64,000 bases of DNA, taken from positions 9,657,627 through 9,721,626 of the forward strand of contig MU058423.1 of the NCBI GenBank assembly GCA_013265495.1. Reading direction: 5' to 3'. Below, in pieces: positions 1 through 13,489 of this stretch; positions within the stretch are counted from its first letter, which is position 1; the number at the start of each line of letters is the position of its first letter. The stretch comes from Vicugna vicugna. Taxonomy: Eukaryota. Position numbers and translations under genes: made by a program. Under the pieces are notes generated by a model. The model was not told the origin of the DNA. It saw nothing but the letters and a program-made list of their open reading frames with translations, and made no database searches.

Positions 1-179
1 TCGCTGTACCCTCATCCCTAATGTCTTCCAGGGAAGCAATAAAACTATTTCATTGGGAGTGAATGCTTTCCCGGTGCTTATAAAGGATTTAAGGATTTAG
101 AATAGAAGGTTTAGAATAGAAGACTGAGGTAAAATATATTTATCTCCATACTATTTTTCAAAAGCATCCAGATACCAAG

Positions 180-244
180 TCATCCATTCATCCATCCATC
201 CATCATCCATCCATCCATCCATCCACCCACCCATTCATCCATCC
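180..244. repeat. (CCAT)n / (CCAC)n tetranucleotide microsatellite
   Basis: catccattcatccatccatccatc...ccacccacccattcatccatcc. Confidence 0.95.
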
Positions 245-1079
245 CAAATTATTTATTAAGTAGGTATTATATCAGAGGAATTTTGAAAAACTGCTGGAAG
301 AGTTAGAAAAGTTTTCATGTTCTAGGGTAAGAAAGGCACCAATAGGATTAATTAGGAATTATGCTCAAGAGATTTAATTTAGTGCTCACCATACAATTTA
401 AGGAAAATGTCTAAAAATCTCATTTGACAGAACAAACTCTGAGAACAAAATACAAATGATTCCTTGAAAAGTGGAGTAATATACCTGCTTATATATAGCA
501 TGCAAAAAATCTTTCGTATAATGGTAAAGGTAATGAGCAAGGACAGACAACTATAGAAAATTTCATAGTGTGAGAAGTATTGTAAAAATAAAAATTAAAT
601 GGAAAATAAGAGCAGTTAGCTGTTGAAATAGCTTCTAAATAGTATTATTAGCAAAAAGAATTCTAATCATTGGCATAATAAAAGCTATATTTGAGTAGAA
701 ATTGTATTATTTCATTTAGTGGAATTTGCAAGATGGCCCTGACAGCTTCATATTAATATATCATTTTAAAATTCCTGTGTTTATAATCATTTTGATCTTT
801 TAAAAATTGCATGTTATAATCATAAAAATATTAAATGAATGCATTCTCATAAATGCTCAAAAATTCAGATAAAATAATAGTTTCATTTGCCATTATTAGT
901 TTATTTTTCTATGTATTACACATATACATAAAGAATATATAGTTTTGAGTAATAGTTTGTAAAATAAATGGTGCTATAATACAAGCATTGGTCTACAACT
1001 TGCATTTTTGTAGTACACCTTGGAGACCTTTCCACGTTTGTAAATGTTGATACATCTTATTCTTCCCAAGAACTACATT

Positions 1080-2010
1080 GCATAATTTTACATAATCATT
1101 CTTTTGTTGATGGGGGCTTAAGTTATTTTCAATTTTTAGTGTCACAGACAAGGTCACAAAGAATGTCATTGTATTTGCCATCTATACACAGATAGTTATT
1201 TCTTTAGGGAAGATACTGAAGAGTACAATTGCTGAATGATAGCGTTGGACAGGCTAGAGTCTATTTTGACATCTAATGGTACTTACAATTTATTCACGAA
1301 ATAAACTGTGCCAATTTACACTCCTACCAGTAGTGTATGACAATAGCAAATATCCCACAAACCCAACATATAATAGTATCAAACTTTAAAGTGTTTTTCT
1401 CATTTTCTAATATTTCCAAATTGGTTTGTATGAGCTCTGTATCTGTTGTGGGAAATAAATCTTTTTCCCATTATAAACACTGAAAATACATTATACTCAT
1501 CTTTATCTTAACTATTCTGGATATTAATCCCCTCTCTGTCGTATGGGTTGACAGTACATTTTCCCAATCTGTAACTTTGTTTTCAAATTTTTAAAGTTTA
1601 AATTTTGATGTAGTTCAAATTACAAATGTTTTCTTTATGGCTTCTGTGTTTTATGTATTATTTTTAAAATCCTCTTCCATCCAAAGTTATAAGCATAATT
1701 TTTATAATGTTTCAATAATACATAATTTTTCTTATGATACATTTGAGGCTTTGGCTTTTTTACCTTTTTATATCTTTACTCCAAGTGGGACTTATTTTTG
1801 CAAATGATGTAAAATAGAGATCCCACTTAATTATTTTCTCTCAATTTGAGAAAAAAATTCAGTACATGTCTGTCATCTCCCCACTGAGTTGTTTTACTTC
1901 CATTATCAAATATTGCATATTTATCCATTTGTGGGTCCATTTCTGGACTCTATTCTGTTACAAAAATCCACGTGTCTCTTCTTGCAGTCATACCATGATG
2001 TTCTAATTCC
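1080..2010 (-). mobile_element. Old, degenerate LINE-1 fragment(s)
   Basis: Antisense L1 ORF2/3' motifs such as ccaatttacactcctaccagtagtgtatga, ttctggatattaatcccctct and gggtccatttctggactctattctgtt. Boundaries approximate. Confidence 0.65.
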
Positions 2011-3699
2011 TACTTCCTTCTGACTTCCCAGTGCCTGCCACGCGCAGGTTAATGTTAGCAAACTAAATGCCGTGTTTCCCAGAAAGGATCCTGGCACAGA
2101 GCAGGAGTTAAATTGACATTTATTGAAATTTTTTCTTTAGACCTTGAGTTGCCTTTGGCAGACGAAAAAAGTAATGTATTTGCGGATAAGATAAATTGGC
2201 TTCTCTATTCTCTTTTCCAGCCTCCCGTCTTAGAAATTTTGGATTCAAGTAAACCCATTTCATTAACCCCTCCGAGGGGAGAAGCTGGCAGCCCACAGCT
2301 CGTGCATTTTGAGATAGTTGTGTTTATAGAAAGATGTAATGGGCTAGAACCTCCAGTAACCCTTATGGTCAAGGATTTAAAGAAACTGCATTCTTCCTTT
2401 TAATTGTTGTTATGTCTCTTTAAAGAAAAGAAGTCCTGAATATGGTAGAAAAGAAAACAAACCTAAGGAGGGTAGAGGCTGAAATAAAATAACCCTAGAG
2501 ACCATTACCCTGTTTGGCAATTAAGTCATTTTTCATTGCTGGGCGGGAAATAATTTAATTTTTATGAAGTATAATCCCTTTTCAAAGTCATTTGGATTTA
2601 TGTCAGAATAAAGAGCAATACATTTTTAAGTGTTTCTGGACAATACATCAGAATAACGGCTGCTTAAATGCACTAATTAATACATAATAACATTTCCCTT
2701 CTTGCATTCTTATGAACCTTTCTTCGTATTATTCATCATGGAACTGTTTTGCGTTTATGTCCTTTATCCTTTCTGAATGTTTATGCTAAAGAAGTAAATT
2801 GAAGGTATTTGATGTTGTTGCCTTGAGAAACTATGGCTATAAATAAAGACATCATGGGTTGTTACAATTCATTAGACATTATAGACAGTAGGAGGCAGAA
2901 TATAAATAGATACCTGTGTGTGGTTTACTAGACAGCAGAGGGAGGCTGGGGAACCTGTGAGCTGGGTTTGGGGGAAAAGGAAGAGTGTGTCTTGCTCTTT
3001 CTGCTGCTAAGATCTTTTGCTAGAGTCTTCAGTTATTGATTCTTAATCATGTGTCAGACCTTAATAATTTTAATCTGACAGCACTACTTTGAAAATATGC
3101 AAAGACAATAAAATATAACTATTAATCTGTCATGGGTGAAATATGTCTGGAAATTGCTTTAGAATGCTTTAGAAAAAAATGAGGAAAGAGGTGCAAAAAA
3201 CTGGGCAAAATGCTGGAAATTAATGAAGCCCAATGATGGTTATGAGTGCATTATATAATTAGATTTCTTTTATGTTGAAAATTTTCCATTAAAAAGTATT
3301 TTAAGGAAAGGATTAAACTTGAAAACAAGTTCCCAGGCACTCTGCAGTGGTTGGGAATCTAAATACGAATCTATACAGCATTAATGAACCACATTTCTTT
3401 GGTCCTGCTTGGCTCTCACTCATATTCTGTAAGATGTCATCTAGCTATTGTTGGATATTTAAAAAATGCAGAGACATTTAATTGAAATTTAGTCCCTATG
3501 ATAAAAATTACTTCTTGAAAGTCAAATTGTTTCGAAATATGTTCATACCTTAAATTGATCCTGTTTAGTATTTCAGGGTAGGCTGAAAATCTTATTTTTA
3601 TTTGTACATGTTGATGTATGCTACTGCTGTTTAAATAATGTTAACCCCATAATGCTTAGCATTGCTATTAGATATTAAAGGAACTTTAAAAAACTCACA

Positions 3700-3885
3700 A
3701 TCAGATTTCCTAAAGTAAAGGAAATAAAAGCAAATAAACAAATGGGACCTAATTAAACTTTAAAACTCTGCACAGCAAAGAAAACCATCGACAAAACCAA
3801 AAGACAACCTACTGAATGGGAGAAAATATTTGCAAATGATATGACTGATAGGGGATTAACACCCAACATATATAAACAGTTCATG
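3700..3885 (+). mobile_element. LINE-1 ORF2 fragment
   Basis: aaatgggacctaattaaactt...ctgcacagcaaagaaaaccatcgacaaaaccaaaagacaacctactgaatgggagaaaatatttgcaaatgat is typical L1 ORF2 (..WEKIFAN..). Confidence 0.9.
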
Positions 3886-4293
3886 TCAAATATTAATTAA
3901 AGGTAGAATATGGCAAGGGTATACCTTCTTTGTCCTAGTTACAATTATTTTTTCTTATCTGAGTTTTTGTATAGATTTGAAAAATTAATGACTCATCAAA
4001 GCCCTTCCAAGAAATTAAAGGTAAGAAAATATTTGTAGACTTGAAACCTGAAACTTACAAAAGAATTAAGCATATTATCAATTAATTGGAATTAGAGTCC
4101 AAAACAGGAAGAAATAGTGGATAAATAACCTCCTTCATCTTCTAGATAAAAATCAGTCTGAGAAACCTCTTGATCTTCCTTATCTGGTAGCTCAGACGCA
4201 TATTAAAACTTCAGCAATAGCCTAAATGACTTTCAAAACTGCTATAAAGAGAAATGTAGAAACTATGGGTAAATATCTTACAAGTCAGTGCAT

Positions 4294-4360
4294 TTATTAT
4301 ATATTATATATTATATTATATTATATATTATATATTATAATATATATTATATTATATATT
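4294..4360. repeat. AT-rich (TATAT)n low-complexity repeat
   Basis: ttattatatattatatattatattatattatatattatatattataatatatattatattatatatt. Confidence 0.9.
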
Positions 4361-5219
4361 CTTACCCAAGTGACCAATTTATTAGAAATTTTGCCATCTT
4401 AGTGTTTTGATGCCTTTAACCACTTAATAATACAGTCCCTTGAGAGATGTTTGTTCATTGTGTTAATATAACCACACTCAAATGAATAAATAAATATGCA
4501 ATGTGGTTGTTTATAAATTAGTCTCAGTAGCTGTAGGTATAGGTTCAAAGCGTAGTGTGAAGACTTTCCTTCATAAACACGTCCACTCAGAAGTGTTCCA
4601 AGTATTTTTGGTACTCATTTACTCATTGGAGAAATCCATATTTTCAAAGAAAAGAAACAATTCTCTGTGGGCATTCCAGAATAAGGGGTTAAAAGGGCTT
4701 ACCTGGGTGACAAGCTTTGGCTGGCTGTGAAGTAACTGGATAACTGAAGGAACAGCACTGGAGGTAGGTTCTTAAATATGAAAAACTGTTTGACTTTGAA
4801 AAATACCTCATAAATACAAACCTCTTGATTTCACCGAAGCACATTGACCATTGCAATCTTGGGGTAATTGAGTTGATTTAGATTCATTCCTGGAATCCAT
4901 TCATCAGAAAGAATACTAAACCCAGCACACATTCAGCAGAAGTCCTCTGAATTGATCATTGTAGTTTATCAATTAGTCACTTGCGAAATTTGGTTCATGT
5001 TAGTTCCAGATCGACTTTAAATGAGCTGATTAGAGGTCAGGTTGTCTCACTGGCTGTCAAGAGAAGGACGACAGTGGTAAAAGACCCAAACTGGTATTTC
5101 CATGGACTCTGGCGAAGTTCTGGTAAAGAGGAATGAAGGTCACTTAGCTTAGTGTGGGTTTCAGAGAGAGAGACCAGGACAGACAATATTTACATAGTTC
5201 CCACATTACTCTATACTGG

Positions 5220-5243
5220 AACAACAACAACAACAACAACAAA
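5220..5243. repeat. (AAC)n microsatellite
   Basis: aacaacaacaacaacaacaacaaa. Confidence 0.9.
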
Positions 5244-6150
5244 ATGCTGAACTATTTAAGGGAGAAAGTGAAAGGCTGTATTTTAAACCAGGCAAAGACA
5301 ATCCATGATCAAATAATGAAGAGAGATCAAAGCGAGAGAGAGAATCGTTAGCAAATTAAGTGGACATTTTTAGTCAATTCTAAATATATTGTTTAACTTT
5401 GCTTTGGCACTATTGCTTAAATGACAAAAAACTATTTAGTCACAAGAAGAGAAGGATTCAAACTATAGACTCAACTAATTCCATTACTGTGACACCAAGA
5501 AAATTAATCTCGTGACTATTTGACTTAAGAAACAGGTCAATAAATTATGTGTTCACAGTCAACCTAACACAGCGTCTTCTGTGTTTTCCTTCCAGTCCTT
5601 GGCAGAGTAGCCAGAAGCATGACTTTGAAGTTCGATCCCTGGATTTACTGCTGCTTTTACCTACTGCTTGGTACCAGAGTGGCTTTGGCCAAGACACCCA
5701 GCTTGTCTGAGCTCTGTTTTCTTGCTTAAAAGGTGGCAAATGTTTCCTTCCTCACAGACCTATTGAGAGAACAGTCAAATAGGTTTGTGCCCAAAAGCAC
5801 CCTGTAAACTAGGAAAGTATATGTTACACTAGTTAAGCAAATATGAGGCATTAATTGTGCATACGTGTCTGTGAAGTCCACGTGGAAGTTCACTTAGTTC
5901 AAAACATCCCTTGATCGATACCAGCATTTTGCTTGCTGCTTAGGTGGGTCCTACCAAAGGTTCTCCTGCAATTATGTTATAGCTCGGCCGTCTCTAGTTA
6001 CAACTGTGAGGGCAGAGAAGGTTGTGTCCATTCTTCCTCAAACCATTTTCCAGTTCATTTTTCCTTTTTGGATCCTATAAGATGAACATTAAGACACAAG
6101 AAGTCCAAGTTAAAATTCTTGTAAGGATGTCATAAGAAATGTGAAACTCC

Positions 6151-6364
6151 TTTTATTTATTAATTTTTTACTTTTTAAAACTTTTCTATTTTAGCTTTTA
6201 AAATTAAAAAAAGTTTCAATGATAGATTGCTTGAAAAATTTTTTTTTTGTGGGGGAGGTGATTAGGTTTATTTATTTATTTTATTGATAGAGGTAGTGGG
6301 GATTGGACCCAGAACCTTGTGCATGCTAAGCATGCACTCTACCACTGAGCTCTCCCCTCCCCAT
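6151..6364 (-). mobile_element. tRNA-derived SINE resembling camelid Vic-1, with A-rich tail and target-site duplication
   Basis: Minus strand GGGGAGGGGAGAGCTCAGTGGTAGAGTGCATGCTTAGCATGCACAAGGTTCTGGGTCCAATCCCC...AATAAATAAATAAACCTAATCACCTCCCCC-polyA, with pol III A/B boxes. Flanked by tgtgaaactcc at 6140-6150 and 6365-6375. Confidence 0.85.
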
Positions 6365-7199
6365 TGTGAAACTCCCTTTAAAAAGTGGTTCAGACATGGA
6401 AAGAGATTTCATTGTTCTTTATTTCAAATTATCTCATTTGTGTCGGTGAACATCTCTTGAACACCAGTACTCAGTAAGAGCTGCATAGTAATTTAGGATT
6501 GTCTCTCATCTCCTACCTGATGACGGCTGAAAGCCGATCTGACTTATTTTATTTGCTTTTCTGTGAACTTCTTAGCCACTAGGCTTCCCATCTTTTCTTT
6601 GGATTGTAATTTGAATTGCTTTTAGGCTCTCCTCTTACTTTTACAGATTATTTTTATTCTTACTGGAGCTTTCTGATGCAGGGAGTTTCTGATTTTCCCT
6701 TATATGTAATTCATCTCAGTGCTCCCAGAGGCTTACACAGTATGCAGACTCAGATTAAACAGTAGCTTAAAATTAAGTAAAATAAGATATAACTTTAGAT
6801 TAGACATTTATAGACAAAGTTTGCATTAAATTCTACTTCTTTCACACAATCTAAAAATAGTTTACCTTCAAACCCTTCTGGTTCCCCAGTGTCAAAATTC
6901 AGCCCTTGAGTATATGATAGTCTTACTTAAAAAAAAAAAAATTCCTGGCTCTCACCTCTCCATTTCCTTCTCTGTTATGCTGATCCTTGAAACATGCATA
7001 AGCTGGACTTTAGAATGCTTTGAAGAAGACACAAGTTTTGAAAAGTCTGCTTCTTGGGCTAGGGACTATGTCTTTGCATTAAGCACATTTTGGGTACATA
7101 GTTAAGTTGCTCAGTGAACCTTTCTTGATTTTAAGTAAATAGAAAGAATGGGGAAAGAGTGTGACAGTTGGAGGGGAGAGAGCATACCAGAAATAAAAG

Positions 7200-7830
7200 C
7201 AATGCTCAGGTTGGAAAATAAGTCTTAAAAACCAGAGGTATGTGAGCCATGTGAAGAGGTCCAAAATAGGACTTACAATGAGTCCACATTCCTACAACGT
7301 AACCAGGGCTGTAGTCCCTGGGGAAATTAGGATCTGAAAGATGTGTTGAGCAGAGCCAGCTGGGTTTACGTGTTGGCAGAAGCAGAATCCAGGGGTCCCA
7401 ACCAGAGTTAGAAGACCTCTCTTTTAGAGAAGACTGGGGGCATCTTGAGAGAAGGGAGAGGTTAGAGGACCTGAACTATAAAGGTGGTGGGTGAGTGAGA
7501 AGACAGTCTGAGTAACAGGAGTAAATGATGAAGAGCAGGAGGAAACAAGATGGCAAGTTGTACGTGCAGAAGGAAGGGTGAAGATGGAACGTGTCACCTC
7601 ACTTCTGAACTTCCTGCTTGGACATCAACAAGTCAAAGGGCATCTGTCGTGTAGGATGGATTCTGATGGTCAAGACTCGAAATCTGTCCTGTAGGGAAGA
7701 ATGACAGAGTAGGGTTGAAAGGACTGAGGCGGGGACTGGAATATAAATCTTGGAACTGAAGTTTGCCCTTATGACAAACACAAATAGGATGAGGCATCTT
7801 AAAGCTATTGGAGAAAGATGTTGTAAACTT
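7200..7830. mobile_element. Probable LINE-2 fragment
   Basis: Purine-rich degenerate sequence with L2-like motifs (gacatcaacaagtcaaaggg, ggatgaggcatctt). Boundaries approximate. Confidence 0.45.
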
Positions 7831-8055
7831 TCTAAGACTTCTATGCCTTATCGGAGGCAATTTGCCTAACATTAGGTAAGCCCTCACAGGACACATATTT
7901 TTAAAAAGCGTTCCCATAATCAAGAATATAATTTTGTACTGGTGAGAATACTATTATTTCAATGAGAATTTAATATTTCTGTATTTTAAAACCCTCAGAG
8001 AAATAAAGGATTGGACCTTATACAAAGGAGAGTATGTCTAACTTTAAAAGAAGTG

Positions 8056-8216
8056 CAAGCACAGAGAACTATATTCAATATCTTGTATTAAGCGTTAATG
8101 AAAAGAAATATATGTATGTATATGTGTGACTGAAACATTATGCTGTCTGTACACTAGAAACTGATACATCGTAACTGACTATATTTCAATTAAAAATATA
8201 TAATAAATCTAAAAAC
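8056..8216 (+). mobile_element. 5'-truncated LINE-1 3' end
   Basis: gcacagagaactatattcaatatcttgta...gactgaaacattatgctg..tacactagaaactgatacat..gtaactgactatatttcaattaaaaa. taaaagaag occurs on both sides (possible TSD). Confidence 0.85.
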
Positions 8217-10179
8217 TAAAAGAAGCACCAGCAATTCACAGTCACAGAAAGGCTACTCTCACTGGAACGTACACAGACCAGGTGTAGGGTGTAGTCAGTC
8301 AGAAAGGGAACTGGAGACAAAGCAAACGGGAGGCTTTAGATCTACCTAGAACTTGACAACGTTGCAAATATGGCATCAGAGATAACATTTATGTAACTAG
8401 AGCACTCGGGAAATACTCTAATTTGCAGCAGTGACGTGCCTTCTGATCCCTAGCGTTTAGAACTAGCCATTTCCTCATAGATATTAAGGTCTGCTTTTTA
8501 GCACCACAGCCCATTTTGTAAATCACTGTTTTCCTGATGACTTATTCAAACAAAATACCGTTGGTGAAGATATGGATGGAATGAGTTCTGCTTTAGGTGC
8601 ATACTGGTTGTTTGAACAGGTCAGGCAATGGAAGGCATTGCTGATGTTTGATTTTTGGTGCTATGTTTTTCCTCCCGTACTTATAACAACTATTTATTTT
8701 TGAAACGTTGTGTGTTACAGGCACACCAAATATAAGTATGCGGAGACATGGCTGGGTTTCCTTAGCACTCCCAGAGATACGTATTTAATCGTAAACTACT
8801 GAACCTCAGAAATAATAGCTTCATGATGTAATTGAATCTCATTTTTGTTATGATAGAAGATATTTTGATTAGTGCAAGATACAATTACTGCACTTAATAG
8901 GCATCTGATAAGGTCAAATTAAGCTTTTAAATACGAAGATGCTTAAATGTCTAACAGACATTAAATTCCTGACATGCATTTCATTACATAGTCTTCCCTG
9001 AAATGAATGCAAAAACGCACCCATTAATGGAACATTGTACTCAATACAATAAAATTAGGGTGCTTTGTTGCAGCTTCTTCATGCTGTTACAATCATTCTC
9101 TGAAGAAACCTCAAGAGGAGTGATTAATGTGAATCTTAACTGTTAGGAGTAATTTATATTTGTCTATGCTAATGGGCATTCTTTATATTAAAAGCTCACA
9201 GGAAATACAACATGTTACTTGGGTCATGAATCTTCCTAGAAAGTATAATGGTAATGATGATTACAATCAAAATTCAGAAGAAAAGGAAAACTTGATCAAT
9301 ATTCAAATGCTATTTTGTTTCAAATATTTTTTCTAGAAAACTAGACATTTTTGAGGCTAGTCATTTTTGGTCTTGTTCCCTTTTGTGTAAGACACCTGCA
9401 GGTGGCCCTCTGAGTCTGATTACAGTGAAAAAATCCTCTTCTTCAGTTGAATGCACAATTATCTGGTATGTAAAAAGCATTTAGGAATAAGACCAAATGT
9501 GATACAAAAAATACAGCTCTTTCAAAGCAGAGTACAGTTTCACAGGCTTCAATCACACTGTGGCTGTCTTTGCTTACCAACAGTAACTAGGGTAGTAAAG
9601 ACTGATTGATGTATCCAGCAACACTGAATGAGTTCTCTGGATGCACCTGTGGACACAAACATGATAAGGTAGATCCACAGAATTTGAGGAGTTCACAATC
9701 CAGTGGTGATTATATCACGTGAAAGCTTATAATACACCTTAACTCTGGGAAAAAGTTGATGTTAATAACTTTTCTAAGAAAGAGTGATAATATGTTACTT
9801 ATTTTGTAGAATTAGTTTTCACCCTATCTCTAGATAGTCACCTACTATTGGGACAGATACATACAGACTCATAAACATTTATGTATGTATAGACTCTTCC
9901 TTTTCTCCAAGATTCGGGTACTTCTGATAATTCTCAAAAACTTGCGAACTATAAAAAATGATTTGTAAGATGTATAAGATATGTGGGTAGCAAAGGAAAG
10001 CATATCTTAATAAGCCTTTAAATACTTATATATAAAACCAAAAAGCCAACAGAATAAGACAGTACATTTAAGTGACGAAATACAAGAGAAACATGCTAGC
10101 ATTATTCTATCTCATGTACAAGAGCATAAAAACTACACAATTCCATCTGAACAGGGAATGAAATATTACTGTACTATTG

Positions 10180-10850
10180 AATGTAAAACTGAGCAGAGGA
10201 AATGTAGACACGTCCCACGTCTCTGAATGGGAAGACTAAACGTTTATACAGATGGAAATTGTTCCAGAATTAAACAGTAGACTGAATGCAAACAGTAATG
10301 GGGATTTTATGGAACTTCAAATGGATTCTAAAGAGCAAATAAACCGAATACCAGCACATATGTGAAACATACTTATATTTAAACATGTTATTTAAGGGGT
10401 ATCAGTGTGGGAACAGAAAAACAAATGAAGGGACTATACTGCAGAGTCCCAAAATATATCCATGTGTAATTGAATCTAATGCATGATAAATAGGGAACTT
10501 AAAATTATCAGGAAAGGGATAAGTGCTGAAATCCAATTGACTTTCTATATAAAAGATTCCTAAATTCAAGGTAGATTAAAAGCATAATCTACTTTAAAGA
10601 GTATTTAAGAAAAAAGAAATATAAGGGGATGTTTTTATAATCTTGCATTAGGAAAGACTTCCTAAGTGAGGCACAAATTCAGAAGCCACAAAAGAAAATG
10701 GACATATTTTGACTACGTTAATTAAGATAATTAAATGGCAAATAAAACCATACTACAAAGAAAGTTAAACATGAAGAATAGATTGTGAGACTTTATATAC
10801 ATATATATATTCCAAAGGGTAAATTCATACAAAAGAGTTTTTAAAAAATC
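10180..10850 (+). mobile_element. Old LINE-1 ORF2 fragment
   Basis: ccacgtctctgaatgggaagactaaacgtt, atggattctaaa, gtagattaaaagc and aggaaagacttcctaag motifs. Highly diverged. Confidence 0.65.
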
Positions 10851-11610
10851 ATGTTGAGGAGTAATATCAATATGCCAATGAAAGAAATACTGCTTAGATA
10901 CGTTATATGTGGTTAATAAATGTTATTGTAAAGGTATCATGAAATGTTCAATGGGGGCTAAAGTTAATAGTATATTCCAACTGTACATTTTCTTGTTAAA
11001 TACTCACATATTCTCTCTTTTCACCATGTACTTGGCAGCCTGCATCTACATGAATTTTTAATTTTAGTCTTCTATTTTTATACCCTGAAAGGTATAAGAT
11101 ATAAGTTTCCCTAAACCTTGATTCATATGTTATTTTTCTAGCAATTCTTCTTATTGCAGAAGGGTATTCAAAAAATGAACTTTCATAAGACTTCTATTAT
11201 AAAATATCTATTTATAGGTAGGCAACTGGCAGAGTAACCATAGAAACTAAAACAGTAATCAATTCAGAAGCCATGAAAGTGTAAGTAAAGATGTAAGTAT
11301 TATGAACAGAAAGCAATAAAACACAAAATCCCTCATAATTATTAGAAAAATGCAAAATAGAATTTTTTCCCCAAAGGATGATAACAGAAGGAAAAACAGT
11401 TTACAGCTATGGTTTATCCAACAGTAGAAATTTGTACAACTGTAATGAAGTTCAGCATGCTCTCATTTTAAGATGCTGTCATGAAATCAGTTATTTAAGA
11501 AACTGGATAAATATAAAACCCTACTGTGCTTTGAAAGACCTATATCTTAAGGTCAACAATTATTATTCCTCTCTCTTAATTTCAATATTAGACTTATCTC
11601 AAGTGCAAGT

Positions 11611-12323
11611 TCCAAATGACTTTTCTTTTTTTTTTTTTTTGGAAATTGCCTTGGAGGATTTTTTTTTAAATTAAAGTATAGTTTACAATGTTGTGTCAGT
11701 TTCTAATGTATAGCATAATGGTTCAGTCATACATATACATACATATATTCATTCATATTCTTTTTCATTATGGGTTACTGCAAGATATAGAATATAGTTC
11801 CCTGTGCTGTACTGTATAAATTTGTTGCTTATCTATTTTACATATAGTAGTTAGTATCTGCAAATCTTGAACTCCCAATTTATCCCTTCCCACCCTCTTC
11901 CCCTACCTCCAATAACCATAAGTTTGTTTTCTATGTCTGTGAGTCTGTTTCTGTTTTGTAAATAAGTTCATTTGTTTTTTTTTTTTAGATTCCACATTTA
12001 AGTGATATCATATGGTATTTTTCTTTCTCTTTCTGCCTTACTTCACTTCGAATGACGATCTCCACGTCCATCCATATTGCTGCAAATGGCCTTATTTTTA
12101 TGGCTGAGTAGTATTCCATTGTATAAATATACCACAACTTCTTTATCCAGTTGTCTGTTGATAGACGTTTAGGTTGTTTCCATGTCTTGGCTATTGTAAA
12201 TAGTGCTGCTGTGAACATTGGGGTGCAGGTGTCTTTTTGAATTAAAGTTCCCTCTGGATATATGCCCAGGAGTGGGATTGCACTGTTATGGAAAACAGGA
12301 TGGAGTTTCCTCCAAATGATTTT
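11611..12323 (-). mobile_element. LINE-1 3' end with 5' inversion, poly(A) and TSD
   Basis: ORF 11985..12218 encodes the L1 ORF2 C-terminus (MFTAALFTIAKTWKQPK...WIKKLWYIYTMEYYSAIK). Poly-T at 11621-11640. TSD tccaaatga(c/t)ttt at 11611-11623 and 12311-12323. Confidence 0.95.
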
Positions 12324-13489
12324 GATTTGGTGGAGAAGTATCTTGACTCAAACCCATACCGATAGCTACCATTTATGCAAACTTTGTGTTAAATTTACTG
12401 GGTGAAACTGAAGAAGAGGCCAAGAATCATAATATACCACCATCAAAGGGATAAAATCCCTTGCCCATTAACTGCGCAGATATTTTCAGCTGGCACATTT
12501 GGTGCCTTAAGTCATTCCTGAGCTTGTGATTGTGACTCACTGATAAGACTGCTGTGAGAATTACAGCCAGTTCTGGTGGGAATGGAATTTATTTCCCCTT
12601 TAAAAAATATATTTTAATTTATAAAAGGTAAAACAAAAGGAATCAAATATTCCATTGATAAATGGTTTAATGAATGGACTTTTCTCCCTTGTGGGTATTC
12701 GGTGCTTTAAAATGGAGTTGCATAAAGGGAATGTCAGAGAGTCTAGATTCTTTATTTAGTAAGTCAATATCAGTTACACCATAAATTCCAAGGCAATTTG
12801 TAATTGAATGTCACCTCACATAAATCAGTATGAATAACTGGATTTTTTTCCTTAATAACAAAGAAAGTTTATAATTTACTAAGGATCATAAGATAATTCA
12901 GATTTCTATGAATATACTTTTGTTTAATTAAAGGGTTCACGGAAGCTGACTTGGGAAAACCTGTGACTAGTGATTGCTTTCCCATATGTCTCCTAAGGAA
13001 AAGGAAAATGATTCGACTGCAAGAATAAATATTAAATTATGCCAGGTATCTCCAAAGGCCGTGAGTAGGACTGTGACTCAGTATAGACTTGTTCAGCTGC
13101 CGAAAGCCATGCATTCCATTCCCAAAGGGAACTGGCTCAGGTACCATCACACTCAGGGAGCTATAAACCACCCTACCCTGATTCAAAAAGGATTACACAG
13201 GGGGGATTTCATAGTTAATTATTCACCTCAAAATAATCCTCTTAATGAAATAGTAAACTTATTATTTGACTTTGAAAATGTTAAAGGTCTGCTGTTCATC
13301 TGAACACCCAATTAGTACATAGTAAGTATAAGAACTAACAGACCATAGAGGCCATTTTAACTAAGTGTAATGAGAAAAAGACAGTGGCTGGCGATTCTTG
13401 GCATAAGAAATCCTGATAATGAAGATACTTTGGTGATTACTTTTATGAGTCAAATTAAAAACAAAGGAAAATATTTCTTCTGCTTTTAT

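Noticed and set aside
83..122. Short tandem duplications (aaggattt x2; tttagaatagaag x2)
   Set aside because: Ordinary replication-slippage duplications with no sign of function.
6290..6362. tRNA-like sequence as a real tRNA gene
   Set aside because: It continues into a SINE body, poly(A) tail and TSDs, and lacks a proper acceptor stem.
11985..12218. 77-aa ORF as an independent gene
   Set aside because: It is the C-terminus of L1 ORF2 within a truncated insertion.
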